Shown piece after piece: positions 58,601 to 64,000 of a stretch of 64,000 nt of DNA. This stretch comes from an uncultured Acidobacteriota bacterium. GTDB taxonomy: Bacteria; Acidobacteriota; Vicinamibacteria; Vicinamibacterales; UBA2999. The stretch spans positions 51,615 to 115,614 of the forward strand of contig CAVYZF010000008.1 of the NCBI GenBank assembly GCA_963772955.1. The letters are read 5' to 3'. The position numbers were made by a program, and so were the translations under genes. Position 1 is the first letter of the stretch. Every line of letters starts with the position of its first letter. The notes beneath the pieces are model-generated. The model made no database searches and was not told the DNA's origin. It worked only from the letters and a program-made list of their open reading frames with translations.

Positions 58601-60819
58601 CGGGCGCGCAGCTCCCGGGCTTTGAGCGCGACCTGCACGAGGCTCGGTTTCCAGAATCTGAAGCGAAGCCCTTCGAGCTTCGTGAGCGTGTCGTCGAGTC
58701 CCTGCACGCGCGACTGGCCGGCGCGATCGATCAATCGCGCCGCGGTCTGCGGGTGACTGAGCACGAACTCGCGCGCTCTCAGGAGCTCGCGCACCTGCGT
58801 CGCTGTTTGTGCCGGCGGGAAGTGCCAGAGCGCGTCTTCCGCAGCGCTGTGACGATCGTCACGTCCTTCGCGGATCTGACGCGCGACAAGCGCTGCCGCG
58901 GTCGGCGTGCCGATACGCGCGAGCGCGCGCATCGCTTCACGCGCGACCTGTCCGTCCTGATGCTCCGCCAGCCGGCCCACGAGGCCTTCGTGTCCGGTCC
59001 CGGCGTAACCAAGGATCTTGACGATCACTCGCGCCGCTGTTGCACCGCATGAGTCGAGTTGGCTCGCGAGTGCTGACGCCAGCGTCGGCGCCATCTCGCA
59101 CACCAGCGGCACAAGCGCGCGCGCTTTTGCTTCGTGAGCGGACCGATTCATCAACTCGATGAGACCCGGCACGAGCGCCGGTCCGAGCCCGGTCAACATC
59201 CGCTGTGCGATCGCGCGACCTTCGTCGTCGCGCTCGTGGAGCGTGGCGAGCGCCAGCAGGCGTGTCGGCGTGCAGTAGTCGCTCATCGCCTTCGAGATGA
59301 CGTCAGTGACGTCAGGGCGGCGTGTGCGCAACTCTTCGCCGAGGCGGCCGTACCCTTCCACCGCCTGGACCAGATCGTTCCACCGTCCCGCCCGCTCCAG
59401 CGTGCCGAGCAGGTCCAGTGCACGACGCAGGAACGCTTCGACGAGGCCTGGATTGCGCTCGATGCGCACCAGTTGCGTGGCGCAGAGCAACTGCGCCATC
59501 GGCACGTCGGTCGCGGCGATTCCCGCACGCACCTCGACGATCGCCAGTTCGGCCGGCGCGTCCATCGACAAGTCGAAGGCGGCAAACTCGGAGAAGTCGG
59601 TTTCCTGCGTTGCGTTGATGCGAATCAGCTCGCGCGCGTGACGTTCGACGCCGGACGAGCTGAGGCTGACCTCGGGCGATCCGCCGCCGCGCGTGGTGCG
59701 CATGCGATCTTCGATGAGCGGAACCAGAGCGGCACGGCGCTCCGTCGAGACGTCGAGTCGATTGAGCGCGGCCGACAGCACTTCCGGTGCCGCCGTCTCG
59801 AGATCGAGCAGCAGGCAGATCGACTCCGCGAGATCCATGTCGGGGAAGTCGCGCAGGACTTTGCCGTTGGCGTCGCCGTCGAGCAGGCCAGGCAAGATCG
59901 TTCGCTGCAGCAGATTGTTACGCCGATCCGAGTCGAGGTTCAGGACGGCTCTCGCCAGTTTGCCGAACATCACCTGCGCCAGTCGCGGATCGAGCGCTGC
60001 GAACAGCCGCGTGACGTCGCTGTATTTCCGTTCGAGCGCCGTCTGCTTGGCGTTCGGGCCGTTCAGGTCATCGTCGGTCAGGCGCACGAGCATGGTCGCG
60101 ATGTCGCCGGGATCGTCGACGAGGACGACGAGATCGAGGAGCGAGACCTGCGACAGTCCCTGCGCGGGGTCGGTTCTGACCCAGCCACGGTCGGGCGGAT
60201 AGAGATAGCTGACCGGCGCATCGGGCTGCGCAAGTTGTGCGTCGACCTGTCTGCGGCGCTCGTGAGTGATGAGTTCAGTGGCGTGCGCCTGCGGCACGCC
60301 GACGTCCATCACGACCGGGCGCTGCGCCATCTCCGGGATGATGGCGCCGACACCGTGCTCGGCCAGTTTCTCCGCGAAGGTGATTTCACCGGTCTGGGGA
60401 TCTTCGGATTCGACGAGGTCGATGCAGAAGCGGGAGAGATCGCGAGGCGTGGCATGGCATTCGATCTCGAGCGATGCCACGCGAAGCTTGAACAGCCGTT
60501 TCGTCAGCTCCTGCTCGACAACAGTTCCCGCGCCGATGTGCGTGTCATCGACGATCAGATCGTGTGGCGCCACACGGGACGCGACGCGGTCGCGATGGGG
60601 GATCGACTTCAGCGCGTCATGGCACGCCATGACGGCGTCTACACACATCGGGCTTGTCGACGGGTAGGTATGGAACTGGCGGATGGCCCGGGCGAGGAGC
60701 TGCAGCGCTCCTTCGACCGCGGTCAAGTCGGCAGTGCCGGTTCCCGATCTTCGTTTCGGAGTCGTCTTCTCGGTCGACACGCTGGATCTGTTATCGACCG
60801 TAAAGCTCCAGCCATCCAC
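58597..60819 (-). CDS. HEAT-repeat-containing protein
   Basis: All-helical; C-terminal HEAT-like units (VAREAMRALARIG). Stop overlaps the HD-GYP start. Confidence 0.75.
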   Translation of the reverse strand: MDGWSFTVDNRSSVSTEKTTPKRRSGTGTADLTAVEGALQLLARAIRQFHTYPSTSPMCVDAVMACHDALKSIPHRDRVASRVAPHDLIVDDTHIGAGTVVEQELTKRLFKLRVASLEIECHATPRDLSRFCIDLVESEDPQTGEITFAEKLAEHGVGAIIPEMAQRPVVMDVGVPQAHATELITHERRRQVDAQLAQPDAPVSYLYPPDRGWVRTDPAQGLSQVSLLDLVVLVDDPGDIATMLVRLTDDDLNGPNAKQTALERKYSDVTRLFAALDPRLAQVMFGKLARAVLNLDSDRRNNLLQRTILPGLLDGDANGKVLRDFPDMDLAESICLLLDLETAAPEVLSAALNRLDVSTERRAALVPLIEDRMRTTRGGGSPEVSLSSSGVERHARELIRINATQETDFSEFAAFDLSMDAPAELAIVEVRAGIAATDVPMAQLLCATQLVRIERNPGLVEAFLRRALDLLGTLERAGRWNDLVQAVEGYGRLGEELRTRRPDVTDVISKAMSDYCTPTRLLALATLHERDDEGRAIAQRMLTGLGPALVPGLIELMNRSAHEAKARALVPLVCEMAPTLASALASQLDSCGATAARVIVKILGYAGTGHEGLVGRLAEHQDGQVAREAMRALARIGTPTAAALVARQIREGRDDRHSAAEDALWHFPPAQTATQVRELLRAREFVLSHPQTAARLIDRAGQSRVQGLDDTLTKLEGLRFRFWKPSLVQVALKARELRAR

Positions 60820-60876
60820 CCCGTTACCGGGGGATCAGCGCGTCTGAATTGTGACTTTCTGTGTGAAAAACTGTGA

Positions 60877-60895
60877 TGGGGTCAGACCCTTCACA
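60877..60895. repeat. Dispersed GGGTCAGACCC element, copy 4
   Basis: TGGGGTCAGACCCTTCACA. Confidence 0.75.
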
Positions 60896-60917
60896 ATTCT
60901 TCAATTCGTCAGGGCGT

Positions 60918-61340
60918 CTACTTCGCGGCAGCGTCGTCCTGGGTTGGCCCCGCGTCGAACGACGAGCCGGCGAACACCTCGCGGCCGTCCGCCAGCTTGA
61001 CGGTCCTGGCGTTGGCCACATGAGGCGCCGTCTTCGACAGGAACCCGTTGATCGTCACGACGTGTCCCTGTCGCAGTGAGTTTCTGTTCCAGCCGCGGCG
61101 CATCAACCCGTTCGGCGGCCCGAGCTCACAGTCCCAATGGACGATGTTGCCTTTCTCGTCCTTGACGTCGATGTAGATGCGAGCGTGCGGATTTGTCCAC
61201 TCGAGTTTGGTGACAGTGCCGGTCAGGGTGATCGGCTTGTCACGGTCGAATTCGGCAGCAAATGAGTGATGCGCGCTCGCGGGAAGAGTCATTCCGACAA
61301 TTGTCAACGCCGCGAGAAGTGCTGCGAGCCTGCCGCTCAT
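60918..61340 (-). CDS. DUF6152-like secreted protein
   Basis: ASA-HHSFAAEFD, GTVTKLEWTNPH. Confidence 0.85.
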   Translation of the reverse strand: MSGRLAALLAALTIVGMTLPASAHHSFAAEFDRDKPITLTGTVTKLEWTNPHARIYIDVKDEKGNIVHWDCELGPPNGLMRRGWNRNSLRQGHVVTINGFLSKTAPHVANARTVKLADGREVFAGSSFDAGPTQDDAAAK

Positions 61341-61410
61341 GAGGACCTCCAAATCGTCGCGCCGCCGATGATACTCTGAGGCGCATCATCGTGGGATATC
61401 GGAGGTCGAT

Positions 61411-62208
61411 GTGACGTCGTTCATCCGGGCGAGTGTGCTGATCGCGGTGGTTGCCGCATCTCCGTCACTGATCGCGCAGTGGGACGTGCGCATGCCGGCG
61501 GGCGTGCCGATGAACGCGAAGGGTGAGCTCGATCTCAATGGGCCGCTGCCGAGAACAGCGGATGGCAAGCCGGACCTTTCTGGTGTCTGGCAAGGTGGAA
61601 ACGCCGCGAATCAGGGCGCCTCGACGGATGGTCCGCCGATCGCGGGTTTCCGCGACATCGCGCAGAATATCAAGGGAGGGCTTCCGATCACGCCCATCGG
61701 CGCGGCGCTTCTCAAGGAGCGGCAGGCCGGCAACAGCAAGGACAATCCGGAAGCGCACTGCCTCCCCATGGGGGTCGTTCAGTTCCACACGCAAGGGGCG
61801 CCGCGAAAGTTCATCCAGACGCCCGCGCTTCTCGTGATCCTGTATGAAGCCAGCTCCGGCGTGCGTCAGATCTTCACCGACGGCCGTGCGCTGCCGAACA
61901 ACGATCCGCAGCCGTGGTGGTACGGATACTCCATCGGCAAATGGGACGGCGACACGCTCGTCGTCGAATCCACCGGGTTCAGAGATGGCGGTTGGCTCGA
62001 TATCATCGGGACACCGTTGAGCGATGCGGCAAAGCTCACAGAACGATTCCGGCGCGTGAGCTACGGGCGGATGGAAATCGACATCACCGTGGACGACGCG
62101 AAGCTGTATACGCGTCCATGGGCCGTGCGCATGAACCAGCGCATCATGCCGGACCAGGAACTGATTGAATTCATCTGTCTCGAGAATCAGCGATTCGGGG
62201 CTCAGTAG
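61411..62208 (+). CDS. Conserved secreted hypothetical protein (DGKPDLSGVW family)
   Basis: PRTADGKPDLSG, CLPMG, GKWDGDTLVVE, EFICLEN. Confidence 0.8.
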   Translation: MTSFIRASVLIAVVAASPSLIAQWDVRMPAGVPMNAKGELDLNGPLPRTADGKPDLSGVWQGGNAANQGASTDGPPIAGFRDIAQNIKGGLPITPIGAALLKERQAGNSKDNPEAHCLPMGVVQFHTQGAPRKFIQTPALLVILYEASSGVRQIFTDGRALPNNDPQPWWYGYSIGKWDGDTLVVESTGFRDGGWLDIIGTPLSDAAKLTERFRRVSYGRMEIDITVDDAKLYTRPWAVRMNQRIMPDQELIEFICLENQRFGAQ

Positions 62209-63469
62209 CGGCGATCGCTGGCGCGGGCCGGTCACCGTCCTCGTGGCCACTCCCGGGCGACATCTGTTCGAAGGCATCCACGACGATCGTGTCGACGTCA
62301 TCACGCCGGGTCCCGGGAAACCGGATCCCGATTTGATCGTGTTCAGCTGCGGCAACGATCGTCACTTCAAGAACGTGTCGGCAGCCGGCATCTCGGCGCG
62401 CGATCGCGCGCGGATCACTGCAGGCGCCGTCGGGCTCGTGTTCGATGCCACGACCGAGGGCAACAAGCACAAGCCGCACACGACGACGGAGTTCCACGAC
62501 GCCCTGAGGGATCTCGGCGCCTCGACGAGGCGGACGGTCTATCTCACGCAGGATCGGCAGTTCGCGCCGGACTATCGCGCCTACTGTGACTCGATTGGTT
62601 TCACTTCGCCCGTGTCCGTCCTGACTCACGACTACTGGATCTGGTACGCGTTCTCGCATTACGAGCGCGACGGTGAAGAAATCTTTCAGAAGCGGCTCGC
62701 GGCGTTTCGCGCACGGCCTGCGAAACGGAAGCGCCGCTTCGTGTCGCTCAACCGGACGGCACGAGATTCGAAGGTCCTGTTTCTCCTCAGCCTTCTGCGC
62801 GATGGGCTCTGGGATCGCGGCTACGTGTCCTTCGGAGGGTTCAGGCATCCGGACGAGAGGAAGGGCGAACAGCCGCGGCCGACTCCCGCGGACCTCGCGC
62901 GGTCGCTGCCGGGATTCGACGACATGGTCGCCGAGCTCGCGCCGTATCTCGATGCGCTCGACGCACGTGGCCGGGTGCTCCTGGGCATGAAGCAGCACCA
63001 GTGGAAGCGGCTCGAGCTGTGGAACGCGGGGCTCGCGGCCGATCTCGCCGAGTACGACAAGTCGTGGTTCAGCGTGGCGACCGAGACCGAGATGCGTCCG
63101 CGGCCCTCGCGGATTACGGAGAAGTCGGTGAAGCCGCTCGCCAACTTCCACCCGATGCTCGTGCTCGGCAACCCCGGATCGCTGGCGCTGATTCGCAGTT
63201 ACGGGTTTCAGACGTTTGGTGACGTCTTCGACGAGTCATACGACGAGGAGCTCGATCCGCGCCGGCGCTTCGATCTGGTGTACGAGCAGGTGCTGCGATT
63301 GTGCAGGATGGAGGAGCGCGATCTCGTGTCCCTGGAGCGACGCGTGGCCGACACGTTGATCTTCAACGCGCAATGGGGGATGACGTCGTTTCCGACGACG
63401 TACCGCACGCACCGCGACGTCGCGCTCGTGGACGACATCCTGCGTCACTGCTTCTCGACGGTGATGTAG
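62165..63469 (+). CDS. Hypothetical protein, possibly glycosyltransferase-like
   Basis: RFVSLNR, SWFSVATETE, ITEKSVKP, GFQTF..FDESYD motifs. Start uncertain. Confidence 0.55.
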   Translation: MNSSVSRISDSGLSSGDRWRGPVTVLVATPGRHLFEGIHDDRVDVITPGPGKPDPDLIVFSCGNDRHFKNVSAAGISARDRARITAGAVGLVFDATTEGNKHKPHTTTEFHDALRDLGASTRRTVYLTQDRQFAPDYRAYCDSIGFTSPVSVLTHDYWIWYAFSHYERDGEEIFQKRLAAFRARPAKRKRRFVSLNRTARDSKVLFLLSLLRDGLWDRGYVSFGGFRHPDERKGEQPRPTPADLARSLPGFDDMVAELAPYLDALDARGRVLLGMKQHQWKRLELWNAGLAADLAEYDKSWFSVATETEMRPRPSRITEKSVKPLANFHPMLVLGNPGSLALIRSYGFQTFGDVFDESYDEELDPRRRFDLVYEQVLRLCRMEERDLVSLERRVADTLIFNAQWGMTSFPTTYRTHRDVALVDDILRHCFSTVM

Positions 63470-64000
63470 TAGAGGTCGGTCGCGACCTCGACCTCTTCTT
63501 TCGCCAGTCGCATCGGCATCACTTTCCAGTCAGTCGTCGGCTCGATCGTCGTCCAGGCGTCGGGACGGCCGATGCGCACCGGCATGGCGAACGCCCGTTC
63601 GTCGGTCTTCCACCTGTACGCCAGGCTGCCCGCTTCGTTGAAGGCGAGCTGGAGCGTCGGCAGCGCGGCGCGCCGAAGATACTGATCGAAGATCGGTGTG
63701 AGATCGTTCTTGAGTCGTGCGTTGAAGAATCGCACGACGTCCTCGGTCATGATGTTCTGGTGCTTGAACTGCTGGTAGAAGTCGCGAACGAGCGCCCACC
63801 ACACGCCGTCGTCGTTGACGACGCTTCGAAGCGTGTTCAGGAACAGCGTGCCCTTGAAGTACATATCCTGCTGCGGTTGTCGATGGATGCCGCGTTGCGT
63901 GATGATCGGCTCGCGATTCTGGACCTTGGGCTTGTAGCTGTTCACGTACCGGATCGCCTCGTCGTGCCCGAACAGTGTCTCGACGTAGAGGCTCTCGAGG
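63445..64000 (-). CDS. M1-family aminopeptidase, C-terminal part (runs off the window)
   Basis: LESLYVE...DMYFKG.LFLNTLR...DLTPIFDQYL. Confidence 0.8.
   Translation of the reverse strand, partial: LESLYVETLFGHDEAIRYVNSYKPKVQNREPIITQRGIHRQPQQDMYFKGTLFLNTLRSVVNDDGVWWALVRDFYQQFKHQNIMTEDVVRFFNARLKNDLTPIFDQYLRRAALPTLQLAFNEAGSLAYRWKTDERAFAMPVRIGRPDAWTTIEPTTDWKVMPMRLAKEEVEVATDLYYITVEKQ

Noticed and set aside
50171-60876. Long antisense ORFs (50171-51448, 52045-53511, 59134-60876)
   Set aside because: They lie opposite well-supported genes and are typical high-GC shadow ORFs.

Overview
High-GC bacterial chromosomal window. The gene families present (DUF1592/DUF1552/ankyrin trio, DUF6152 proteins, a TonB-type receptor with a carboxypeptidase-like N-domain) suggest Acidobacteriota, probably Vicinamibacteria; this is inference. 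I saw no rRNA, tRNA, CRISPR array, integrase or transposase. The standout is a minus-strand operon at 14830-21705 behind a sigma-54-type promoter. It encodes, in order: a small HTH protein; a secreted S8 subtilase ending in 16 identical GIVWSD hexapeptides; an unannotated 9-aa micro-ORF (MRRLIIWGE) with its own AGGAG RBS that mimics the repeat; a membrane-sensor/HD-GYP/GAF protein; and a TPR-like sigma-54 activator. An oligopeptide ABC importer is transcribed divergently. The likely specificity-determining middle of the operon is lower in GC than its catalytic ends. Together this looks like a candidate peptide-signalling (quorum-sensing-like) system coupled to c-di-GMP. Other notable items are a c-di-AMP (ydaO-type) riboswitch before an SPFH gene, a second sigma-54 module with visible tandem palindromic enhancer sites, an orphan HigA-like antitoxin with a decayed toxin, and several dispersed repeat families. 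Four genes (including htpG) carry single-base insertions that are probably sequencing errors. All family assignments come from motif recognition by eye, not database searches.
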